DNA of 64,000 bases, taken from positions 56,732,001-56,796,000 of the forward strand of contig NC_086097.1 of NCBI RefSeq assembly GCF_963921235.1, given 5' to 3'. The notes under the pieces were generated by a model. That model worked only from the letters and a program-made list of their open reading frames with translations. It was not told where the DNA came from and did not search any database. Shown in pieces: positions 1 through 11,316 of the stretch. The position numbers and the translations under genes are program-made. Source of the stretch: Mobula hypostoma. Lineage: Eukaryota. Numbering within the stretch: position 1 is the first letter of the stretch; the number at the start of each line of letters is the position of its first letter.

Positions 1-899
1 GATGCATGGTTTCCCAATGAAGGAAAATGTTCTGTTTTCTCCCCTCCGCAGAAGCAGCCTGAACTACAAAGTTCCTACTCCATTTTTTCTGTGTTGATCA
101 AGATCTTCAGCACCTGCAGAATCTCTTGTGTAAAGATACACAGATGTATTTAAAGCCTCCTTGAAGAAATGCAATGACTTACTCCAGTCCGTGACTGCTC
201 AGGGTAGAGAAAGAGCTGACAGTAAGATTAATTTGAAATTATTGAGTTATTTTCTTAAGAAAGTAAACAGATGTTCAAATCATCACTTTCACTTATTCAC
301 CTGTCACCATGTTTTAATATCTTGGACATAGCACGGTCACAGCAAAACACCAATTATGCCAAGTTATTTCTTGATCATCCAAGAATATGTTATGGATGTG
401 ACATAGGAAAGCTCTAAAACCCCTTTGGGGAACAGGATAAATTCAACATTCAAAAACAAATTTCTCTCCTTGCTACACCACTTACATTGGGCCAACACTT
501 GATGTCAAGTCCCTAACCCATAGTTCATCCACAGCTGCACTGACCTTGTCCAGGAGCAGAGGGCTCATCTTCGTAAGCCAGAATCCAGGACAATAGATCT
601 TCCCTGCTCTACAATATTCAACAGCCAGCAAAGCTTTCCTTGGTCTTCTAATTCTTCGACTCACAATTGGTGGCAGTTCACATCCAAAAAGACATCCCTC
701 AGTATGATACCAGGAAATCTTATCAAGACTGACCTTCTCCACTAGACTCCATGAGATTGTCAGTGATTTATCAGAGTTTCCACAGATGAATGTACTAAAT
801 GGAACTGTTGGCAAAAATCCACACCACTGTATTTCTACTGTGTTTATTCCTCTGGACTAATCTGAATTACTCATTTCTCTTCTCCAACCTGTAACAAAT

Positions 900-2332
900 A
901 ATAATGATGGGAGCTATATACAGACCCCCAAACATTTTTATGTGGTCTACAAATTACAACAGGAGATAGAAAATTCATGCCAAAAGGGCAATGTTACAAG
1001 GTCATGGGGGATTTCAATATGCAGGTAGATTGGGAAAATCAGTTTGGATGCTAGATCCCAAGAGATGAAATTTCTAGAGTGCCTATGAGATGGCTTTTCA
1101 GAGCAGATAGTGGTTGAGCCCAGTAAGGGATCGGCTATTCTGGATTGGGTGTTGTGCAATGAAGCAGAATTGATTAAAAAGCTTAAGATAAAGGAACCCT
1201 TAGGGACAATATTATGATAGAATTCACCCTGTAGTTTAAGAAGGAGAAGCTAAGGTCAGATGTATCAGTACTATAGTGGAGTAGAGGGAATAACAGAGGA
1301 ATGAGAGGGGAGCTGGCCAAAATTGATTGGAAAAGAACACTGGCAGGGATGATGGCAGAGCAACAATGGCTGGAATTTCTGGGAGCAAATCAGAACGTGT
1401 AAAAATAATACATCCCGAAGTGGAAACAGTATTCTAAAGGTAGGATGACACAACTTTGGCTGACGAGAAGTCAAAGCCAACATAAAAGCCAGAGAGGGCA
1501 TATAACAGAGCAAAAACTAGTGGGAAGTTAGATGATTGGGAAGCATTTAAAAACTAACAGAAGGCTACTAAAAAGTCATTGAGAAGGGAAAGATAGAATA
1601 CAAAAGTAAGCTAGCCAATAATATTAAAGAGGATACCAAAAGTTTCTTCAGTTATATAAATAGTAAAAGAGAGGTAAGAATAGATATCAGATGGTTAGAA
1701 AATGATGCTGGAGAGATAGTAATGGGAGACAAGGAAATAGCGGGTGAACTGAATAAGTATTTTACATCAGTCTTTACTGTGGAAGACACTAGCAGTATGT
1801 TGGACGTTCGATGTGTCAGGGGGCAGAAGTGTATGAAGTTGCCTTAAACAGGGACAACATTCTTAGGAAACTGAAAGATGTTTGTAGATAAGTCACATGG
1901 ACCAGATGGAAAACACCCCAGAGTTCGGAAAGAGGTGGCTGAAGAGAACGTGGAGGCACTAGTAATGATCTTTCAAGAATCATTTAATTCTGGCATGGTT
2001 CCGGAGGACTGGAAAATTGCTAATGTCACTCCTCTCTTCATGAAGTAAAAGGGGCAGAAGAAAGAAAATTATAGGCCAGTTAGTCTGACTTCAGTGGTCG
2101 GGAAGATGTTGGAGTTGATTTTTAAGTGTATGGCTTCAGGGTATTTGGAGGCACATGATAAAATAGGCCATAGTCATCATGATTTCCTTAAGAGGAAACC
2201 TTGCCTGGCAAATCTGATGGAATTCTTTAAAGAACTAACAAGTAGGATTGATAAAGGAGAATTGATGGATGTTGTGCACTTGGATTTTCAGAAGGTCTTT
2301 GACCACACATGAGGCTGCTTAACAAGTTAAGA
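900..2332 (+). mobile_element. CR1 LINE, 5' part (endonuclease C-terminal region to RT), interrupted
   Basis: Decayed ORF2 peptides (VGKMLELI...HDKIGHSHHDFLK...VVHLDFQKVFD). The element resumes at 4957. Confidence 0.9.
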
Positions 2333-4956
2333 CCATAAGATATAGGAGCAAATTAGGCCACTTGGCCCATCAAGTCTGCTCCACCATTTCATCATGTCTG
2401 ATCCGTTTTTCCTCTCAGCCCTAATCTTCTGCCTTCTCCCCGTATCCTTTCATGCTCTAACCAATCAAGAATCTACAAACTCTGCTTTAAATATGCATAA
2501 AGACGGCCTCCACAGCTGCCTGTGGCAACAAATTCCACAGGTTCACCACGCTCTGGCTAAAGAAATTCCTCTTCATCTCCATTCTAAAAGGACGTCCCTC
2601 TATTCTGAGGCGGTGTCATTTCGTCCTGGGCTCTCTCCCGATTGGTAACGTCCTCTACACATCCACTATCAAGGCCTTTCACCATTTGATAGGTTTGAAT
2701 TAGGTTACCTCTCATTCTTCTAAATTTTAGTGAATACAGGCCAATAGCTATCAAATGCTCTTCATATGACAAGCCGTTTAATCCTGGAATCATTTTCGTG
2801 AACTTCCTTTGAACCCTCTCCAGTTTCAGCACAACCTTCCTAAGTGGCTCAAAACAGCTCAAAATACACTGAAGCCTCACCAGAGCTTTGTAAAGCTTCA
2901 ACATTATGTTCTAGTCCTCTTGAAATGAATGCTAACATCACATTTGCCTTCCTCACCACAGACTCAACCTGCAAATTAATCTTTTGGGAATCCTGCACAA
3001 AGACTCCTAAGTCCCTTTCCACCTCAGTTTTTTTTTGTATTTTCTCTCCATTTAGAAAATAGTCAACCCTTTCATTTCTTCTACCAAAGTGCATGACCAT
3101 ACACTTCCCAACACTGTATTTCAGCTGCCACTGCTTTGCCCATTCTTCTAATCTGTCTAAGTCCCCTGTAGCTTCTCTACTTCCTCAAAGTTACCTGCCC
3201 CTCCGCTTATCTTCATATCATCTGCAAACTTTGCAATAAAGCCATCAATTCCGTCATCCAATCCATTGACGTATAACATAAAAAGGATCAGTTCCAACAC
3301 AGACCCCAGTGGAACACCACTGGTCACTGGCAGCCAATCAGAAAAGGCTCCTTTTACTCCCACTCTTTGCCTCCTGCCAATCAGATGCTAGAATCTTTCC
3401 TGTAATACCATGGATTTGTAATTTGTTAAGTAGCCTCATGTGTGGCACATTGTCAAAGGCCTTCTGAAAATCCAAGTACACATCAACTGATTCTATTTTG
3501 TCTGTCCTACATGATATTTCCTCAAGGAATTCTGACAGATTTGTCAGGCAAGATTTTCCCTTAAGGAAACCATGCTGACTATGGCCAACGTTATCATGTT
3601 CCTCCAAGTGCCCTGACACCTCATACTTAATAATCAAATCCAACATCTTCCCAACCACTGAGGTCAGACTAACTGGCCTATAGTTTTCTTTCTTCTGCCT
3701 CTCGCCTTTCTTGAAGAGTGGAGTAACATTTGCAATTATCCAGTCTTTTGGAACCACACCAGAATCTAGTGATTCTTGAAAGATCATTACTAATGCCTCC
3801 ACAATCTTTTCAGTCACCTCTTTCAGAACCCTGGGGTGTATGTCATCTGGTCCATGTGATTTATCTACTTCATGTCTTTCAGGTTCCCAAGAACTTTGTC
3901 CCTATTAATGGTAATTTCATACACTTCTGCCCCCTGACACACCCGAATTTCCGGCATATAGCTAGTGTCTTCCATAGTAAAGACTGATGTAAAATACTTA
4001 TTCAGTTCATCTGCCATTTCCTTGCCCCCATTACTACCTTTCCAGTATCATTTTCTGGGCATCTGATATCCACTCTCAACTCTTTTTACATTTTATGTAT
4101 CTAAAGAAACGTTCTATCCTAGTATTATTGGCTACCTTACTTTCGGATTCCATCTTTATCTTCTTAATAACTTTTTTTGTTCACTTCTGTTGGTTTTGTA
4201 AAAGCTTCACAATCCTCTAACTTGCCACTAATTTTTGCTCTAGTATATGCCTTCTCTTTGACTTTTATGTTGGCTTTGACTTCTCTTGTTAGCCATGGTT
4301 ATGTCATCTTACCTTTAGAATATTCCATCCTCTTTGATATGTATAAATCCTGTGTCTTCCGCATTGCTTTCAGAAATTCCAGCCATTGCTGCTCTGCCAT
4401 CATCCCTGTAAGTGTTCTTTTCCAATCAAATCTGGCCAGCTCCTCTCTCATGCCTCTTTAATTCCCTTTACTCCACTGTAATACTAATACATTGGACTTC
4501 AGCTTCTCCTTCTCAAATTTCAAGATGAATTCAATCATATTATGATCACTTTCCCCTAAGGGTTCTTTTACCTTAAGCTCTCGAATCAATTCCGGTTCAT
4601 TGCATAACACCTAATCCAAAATTGCTCATCTCCTAGTGGTCTCAACCATGAGCTGCTCTAAAAAAGCCATCTTGTAGGCATTCTAGAAACTCCCCCTCTT
4701 GGGATCCAGCCACCAATCTGATTTTTCCAATCTACCTGCATATTGAAATCCCCCCATGACTATTGTAACATTATCATTTTAGCATGCATTTTCTATCTCC
4801 CGTTGTAATTTGTAGACCACATCCTTACTACTGTTTGGAGGTCTGTATACAACTCCCATCAGGGTCCTTTTCCCCTTGCAATTCCTCAGCTCTACCCACA
4901 ATGATTCAACACCTTCTGACCCTATGTCACCTCTTTCTAACGATTTGATTTCATTT
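2333..4956 (-). mobile_element. CR1 LINE, 5'-truncated, nested in the plus-strand CR1
   Basis: RT peptides (YRPVSLTSVVGK, SQHGFLKGKSCLTNL, YLDFQKAFD, SGVP.GSVL, KFADD), a (TCTTATGG) tail at the left end, flanked by ttaaga repeats. Confidence 0.92.
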
Positions 4957-6078
4957 TTAAGAACCCATGGATATAAAGGAATGATACTAGCATGGAGAGA
5001 GCACTGGCTGATTGGCAGAAGGCAAAGAGTGGGAATAAAGGAAGCCTTTTCTGGTTGGCTGCCAGTGACTAGTAGTGTTCCACAGGGGCCACATTGGAAC
5101 CACTTCTTTTCACATTATATGTCAATGATTTGGATGACAGAATGGATGTCTTTCTGACCAAGTTGGTGGACAATATGAAGATGGGTGGAGTTTTGAGGAA
5201 GTAGAAAGGCTACAGAAGGACTTAGATTAGGAAAATAGGTAAAGAATTGGCAGATGGAATACATTGTCAGGAAGTGTATGGTCATGCACTTTGATAGAAG
5301 AAGTAGAAGTGTAGACTATTGTCTAAATGGTGAGAAAATTCAAAAATCAGAGGTGCAAGGAACTCAGGAGTTCTTGTGCAGGATTCCCTGAAGGTTAACT
5401 TGCAGGTTGAGTCAGTGGTAGGGGAGGTGAATACAATGTTTGCATTCATTTTGAGAGGACTAGAATATAAAAGCAAGGATGTAATGTTGAGGCTAAATAA
5501 AGCACTGGTGAGGCCTCACTTAAGAGTATGGTGAGCAGCTTTGAGCCCCTTAACTCAGAAAGGATATGTTAACATTGGAGAGGGTTCAAAGGAGGTTCAC
5601 AAAAATGATTCTGGGATTGACATGCTTGTAATATGAGGAGTGTTTGATGGCTCTGGGCCTGTACTCATTAGAATTCAGAAGAATGAGGGATGAACCTCAT
5701 TGAAACCTATCATATGTTGAAAGGCCTCAACAGAGTGAATGTGGAGAGGGTGTTTTCTGCGGTACAGGAGACTAAGACCAGAGGACACCGCCTCAGGCTA
5801 GAGGAGCGTTCTTTTAGAATGGAGATGAGGAGGAATTTCTTTAGCCAGAGAGTGGTGAATCTGTGGAATCTGTTGCCACATGTGTCTGTGGAGGCCAAGT
5901 CATTGGGTATATTTAAGGCAGAGGTTGCTAGATTCTTGATTAGTCATGGCATGAAGGGATACAGGGAAAAGGCAGGAGATTGGGGCTGAGAGGAAAAATG
6001 GATCAGCCATGATAAAATGACAAAGTAGACCTGACAGGCCAAATGGCCTAATTCTGCTCTTATATCTTATGGCCTTAG
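4957..6078 (+). mobile_element. CR1 LINE, 3' part (continuation of 900-2332)
   Basis: LRTHG.KGMILAWREHWLIGRRQRVGIK; C-terminal TRGHRLRL...RRNFFSQRVVNLWN; 3' UTR ending tcttatggcc. Confidence 0.9.
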
Positions 6079-6614
6079 TACATGAGAACATCACCTGTGC
6101 TTTCTGTATAAATATCAGTGGGGGAAATTCAGCAAAATGTTTGTGTAGACCTTAGCTAATGACTTATCACTTTATTCAATGGAGCACAATCACAAGGTTG
6201 TCTGTACATGTCTGTTACACCATCACTTGTAATGGAGGATGCCAAGGTACAAGGAAAATCATAAACACTACTCATTGTAAAAGGGTGCCCATGGCTAATA
6301 AGATACTCTTTGAATAGTATCTAGAATGAACTTCCTTTGTTTTTGGTTATTAAAGAAAGAAATGCTTTATTATGATACATTTAGGTCAATAAGATCTCAC
6401 AAAGATTACATACAAAACCATTAACCTCAGGAAATGCATACTAGTTTCTAATGAAGAACCTGCCTGCTGTATACCATGTTAGCCAAAACAATAACCATTA
6501 TGAAGTCATTCCTGTAAACAGTCATAAACAATAACTTTGTTCAGAATAATATAATTACCAGGAGCTAATAATAGTATTAGCTCATTGGAATTATGTTATA
6601 GCTCCATGGGCTCA

Positions 6615-7135
6615 CACTCAATGTCAGGAAGACCAAGGAGCTGATTGTTGACAACAGGAGGAGAAAACCAGAGGTCCATGAGCCAGTCCTCAATGGGGAA
6701 CAGAGGTGGAGAGGGTCAGCAACTTTTAATTCCTCTATGTTATCATTTCAGAATGAGTCTAGAGGTTGTCCATTTCAGAGGATCTGTTCTGGGTCCAGCA
6801 CATAAGTGTCATTACAAAGAAGGCATGGCAGCACCTCTACTTTCTTAGAAGTCTGTGAAGATTCAGCATGTCATCTAAAACTTTGATCAATTTCTATAGA
6901 TGTGCAGTGGAGACTATATTGAGTGGTTGGCATTATGGCCTGGCATGGAAAAATGCCCTTGAATGGAAAAGTCCGCGATAAGACCATAAGACCATAAGAC
7001 AAAGGAGCAGAAGTCAGCCATTCGGCCCATCCAAGCAATGCACTCTTTTTGCTGCTGCCATCATGAGGAGGTACAGGAGCCTCAGGACCCACACCACCAG
7101 GTTCAGGAACAGTTATTACCCCTCAACCATCACTG
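6615..7135 (+). mobile_element. Rex1/Babar-type LINE 3' fragment containing a short inverted CR1 tail (about 6977-7030)
   Basis: gaagaccaaggagctgattgttgac (KTKELIVD) and ttcaggaacagttattacccctcaaccatc; internal (ATAAGACC)n CR1 tail. Confidence 0.7.
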
Positions 7136-8494
7136 CTAAGACTCCTGCCATCAACCCTGTATTCTGCCTTGAAGTTTGATCTTCCAGAGTGATTCATTTC
7201 ACACTTTTCCAGATTGAACTCCATCTGCCACTTTTCAGGCCACCTCTGCATCAGGTAAAATGTCCTGTTGTAATCTACGACAATTTTCTACACTATCCAC
7301 ACGTCACTAACCTTTCTGTTATCTGCAATTCAATTAAATTGTAGGAATGTTCAGTAACATTCAACAAAAATATTTACAGAACTTATGTAATTTTATATCA
7401 CATTTTAGTACTGAGCTATAATCAATTTCAGAATTTCTTCATGTTACCTAAAAGGCCAAACATTAAACTCATATATGAAATTGGAAGGAAAATGAACCAA
7501 TGGTACTGCACCCATGGAATGGCACTGCTCACTTTTAATTTTGTATCATAAATTCTTCCATATACTTAGGAACAGAACATTATTTTACAAGCAGATTTTC
7601 TGCATCAGATCTTTCTCTTTGCTTTCCCCTAATCTTTCATCCTATATCATGATTGAAATCCAGACGTAATTGCATTTGAATAACCTGATCCCAAGTCATT
7701 AATAATTGAAAGATGAAATGTTGTAAACATTTGACACCATTAAAAATATTCTTAGATTTATGGAGTCATATTCAATTTTTACATATGGGCTGGAGTAGTT
7801 CAATCAACAAGATCATGGCTGATCCAGTGTTTGATTCAACAATATTGTCTCAGCATCCACCCTTCAGAATCTTATAGGTTCAAAAGGTGAACTCTTCCAT
7901 AACTCAATGGACCAGGCAGCATTTATAGAGGTAAATTAAATAGAAATCTTGATGGTTGTTTGTGCTAATAGAAATAACTCATAATTCTTTAAGACAGCTT
8001 CTAAACTTATATTAGCTTCTTTGACTGGCTGCTTTGCAAATATATCATTTTGGAATTTTACGTGTACTTTTAGCTACTATTTAAAGTAGATTTTTGTTAG
8101 CGCCCTCCAGTGGTCCCTCTGAGGACTAGGCGTTCTGCTGCTTGCTGACTATTTCCAGGCTTGCTCCTAAAACAGGCATCAGTATCTAGAAATTCAGCCT
8201 TTCAGCAGAGCAAAGCATGCTTTTCATTGACTTAAATTGAATGAATGTTGGAGGCAAAAGTTAATACCTTGATATTAATAGCATCATCAATCAGAATGAA
8301 TTTCTGGTTTCAGATCTCTTACCAAAAATGTGTTAACGACATAGCCTCTTTTAGGCAGCTGGCAAAGGCACTCCAAAATGGGGTAAAGAACAACTTGAAT
8401 TTCTGGAGTCTTTCACAAAGTCAGATTGTGCCAAAGTTCTTCACAGCAAATTAACCACTTCTTTCTTTTGAAGTGCTGTAATTGATTTGCTTTA

Positions 8495-9585
8495 GAATGG
8501 AAATGTGGAGGTTGTTTAGGGAGCAATTGCATGAGGGTTTGAAAACGCAAATACGAGGAAATCTGCAGATGCTGGAATTTCAAGGAACGCACATAAAAGT
8601 TGCTGGTAAACGCAGCAGGCCAAGCAGCATCTCCAGGAAGAGACGTTTCAGGCCGAGACATTTGACGAAGAGTCTCAGCCCGAAACGTTGACTGTACCTC
8701 TTCCTAGAGATGCTGCCTGGCCTGCTGTGTTCACCAGCAACTTTTATATGTGTTGCATAAGGGTTTGGATAGATATGTCCCATTGAGGCACAGAAAAGGT
8801 GGTAGAATGAAAGAGGCGTGGTTGACAGGAGAGGTGGAACATTTAGTCAAGAGGAAGAAAGAAGCATATTTAAGGTTTAGAAAGCAAAGATCAGACAGGG
8901 CTCTTGAAAGTTATAAAGGTAGCCAGCAAAGAGCTTAAGGGACTTAGGACTGCCAGAAGGGGACATGAGAAGGCGTTGGCAAGTAGGATTAGGGAAAACC
9001 CCAAGGTATTCTACACAAACACGAAGAACAAGAGATGACTAGAGTAAGGGTAGGACCAACTGGGGATAAAACAGGAAACATATGCCTGGAGTTGGAGGAG
9101 GTAGGGGAGATCCTTAATGAATACTTTGCTTCAATATTCACCAGTAAGAGAGACCTTGACAAATGTGAGATCAGCATAGAACTGGCTTAGTTAAGAAAGA
9201 GGCAGTGTTGGAACCTTTGAAAAACATTTGGATAGATAAGTACCTGGAGCCAGACGGGGTATACTCCAGGTTGCTACAGGAAACGAGGGAAGAGATTGAT
9301 GCACTGTCAGCAATGATCTTTGCACTCTCACTGGCCACAGGAGATGGGAGGATGACAAATCTTATTCCTCTGGTTCAAGAGAAGGTAATATGATAATCCT
9401 GGGAACAATAGACAAATACATCTTACATCAGTAGTGGGCAAACAATTGGAGAGGATTCTTAAGAGACAGGTTTTGTCTGATTTGACGTAGTCTGTATGAC
9501 TACGTAAGGGCCGGTTTTGCCTCATGGGTCTGATTGACTTTTTCATGGAAATAACAAAACAAATTAATGAAGGTAGAATGGTGTA
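8495..9585 (+). mobile_element. CR1 LINE segment 1, hosting three later insertions
   Basis: AWLTGEVEHLVKRKKEAY, LNEYFAS, DK..PDGVY.RLL.E motifs. Broken within the RT VY|MDFSKAFDK motif by the Tigger element. Confidence 0.85.
8542..8752. mobile_element. Short fold-back Penelope-like pLTR remnant centred on a hammerhead motif
   Basis: Inverted arms (aaagttgctggtaaacgcagcaggcc / ggcctgctgtgttcaccagcaacttt). Flanked by the direct repeat ttgcat(g/a)agggtttg at 8527-8541 and 8753-8767. Confidence 0.8.
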
Positions 9586-11241
9586 CAGGTTTCCCCCGCC
9601 ATCTGAAGGTAGAGCATTCCTATGAAACAGTTCGTAAGCCGGAATGTCGTAAAGCGAAGAAGCAATTACCATTTATTTATGTGGGGAAAATTTGTGAGCG
9701 TTCGCAGACCCAAAGATAACTTACCAAATCATGCCAAATAACACATAAAACCTAAAGTAATAGTAACATATAGTAAAAGCAGGAATGATATCATAAGTAC
9801 ACAGCCTATATAAATTAGAAATACTTCTCTACAACGATTGCCTGCACTGTTCCCGTAGCGAAAATCTCACGCAAGCGCTCTCGGCAGAAAATCTCACGCA
9901 AGCGCTCTTGGCAAAACACTCTCTCCAGTAACCTTTAAGCTATGAAGCTGCCAAATCATACCAAATAACACGTAAAAATACACAGGTTATATAAAGTAGA
10001 AATAATATTTGTATAGTGTAGTATCACTTACGGGAATCGGGAAGACAGCGCCGAGCACACTGATGATGGTGTGTTAGGCTGAGTCGTTGGAGGCTGGGGT
10101 GGTGCAGTGGCCCCCACCCTCCGGGCCACCGACTGATACCGTTCCGCGAAGAATGCAGGGGTCCAGCGGTAGCCAGGAGGCACCCAACACATCTTTAAGG
10201 AAAAAGCCGAAATAAACATGCTAATTAATTAGGTGCTGCCCAGTACATAATTGTCAGCCCAGATCAGAGGCGATTGCCAATTGCGTCGCCTCTGGTCTGG
10301 GCCAACAATTACGTGCCGGACGGCACCTAATTAGTTAGCATGTTTATTTTGGCTTTTTGCTTAAAGATGTGTTGGGTGCCTCCCGACTAGCGTTGCATTT
10401 TCCACTGATCGGTATCTGTCTGCAGCCTGGGGGTTGGGACCACTGGGGTGGTGGGACACCGGGGTCTCATCTCATCGTTGATCAGGGCAGGCAGCTCATC
10501 TTCTCCTATGTCTGCCTGCCTCCATGTCGAAGGTCGAGGTTCGTCGTCTGCTGTGGCTGATATGGAAGGCTTGCTTGACTGCTTAGCCTCGCGCATTTTT
10601 CTATCATACAGTTCTGGTCAGTACTCAAACCATCTTGTAAATATGCCATAAACTGACGTACCCTTTCAAAATTAAAGTCATACTTTATTATTGCAGCGAA
10701 AATCTCACGCAGTTGCTTCACGTTCAGTTCCTGGACAACTTCAATTTTGGTCCGTTCGGTACTGCATTCGGTTTCGATTGTTATCCTTTCCTCTTCCAAT
10801 TGCATCAGCTCGTCATCTATCAGTTCTTGGTCATGGGATGCCAAAACCTCTTCAACATCATGTTTGTCAGCTTCCACAAGCCAAACTTACTTTGTCCTTA
10901 CTTCGTTCACCACGATCGAAACGCTTAATTATGTCTAGTTTTACGCTAAGTGTAACACCCTTACGAGCTCTTTCAGGCTTTTCCGATACCTTAGAACTCA
11001 TCTCGTTAACTCGCTCACAGGCTCGTGTTTAAGCAATGCCAGCCAGAATGCCGTTCCAAATCCAGGGGAGAGTGGCTGTTCAGGGCGCATGCTGCCTTTT
11101 CTCACGCGCTGCCTTTTCCGCGCGCTGCCTTTTTTCGTAACAGTGAAAACACCTTCTGTTAGCGAAAACAGGGAACTAATGTAGGTCTTTCTTAACAGTG
11201 AGGTTTTGTAAAGCGAACGTTCGAAAAGCGTGGGACACCTG
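9586..11241 (-). mobile_element. Internally deleted Tigger/pogo-like DNA transposon
   Basis: TA duplication (9584-85, 11242-43) and imperfect TIRs CAGGT(T/G)TCCC(C/A)CGC. The N-terminal HTH start MSSKVSEKPERARKGVTLSVKLDIIKRFDRGERSKD directly abuts the C-terminal DVEEVLASHDQELIDDELMQL segment. Confidence 0.88.
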
Positions 11242-11316
11242 TATATGGATTTTAGTAAGGCATTCGATAAGCTTCCCCACAGTACACTCATTCAGGAGTC
11301 AGTAGGCATGGGATGT

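Noticed and set aside
482..814. 110-aa ORF as a standalone gene
   Set aside because: Non-ATG start, no recognisable domain, and not in frame with the nearby acceptor.
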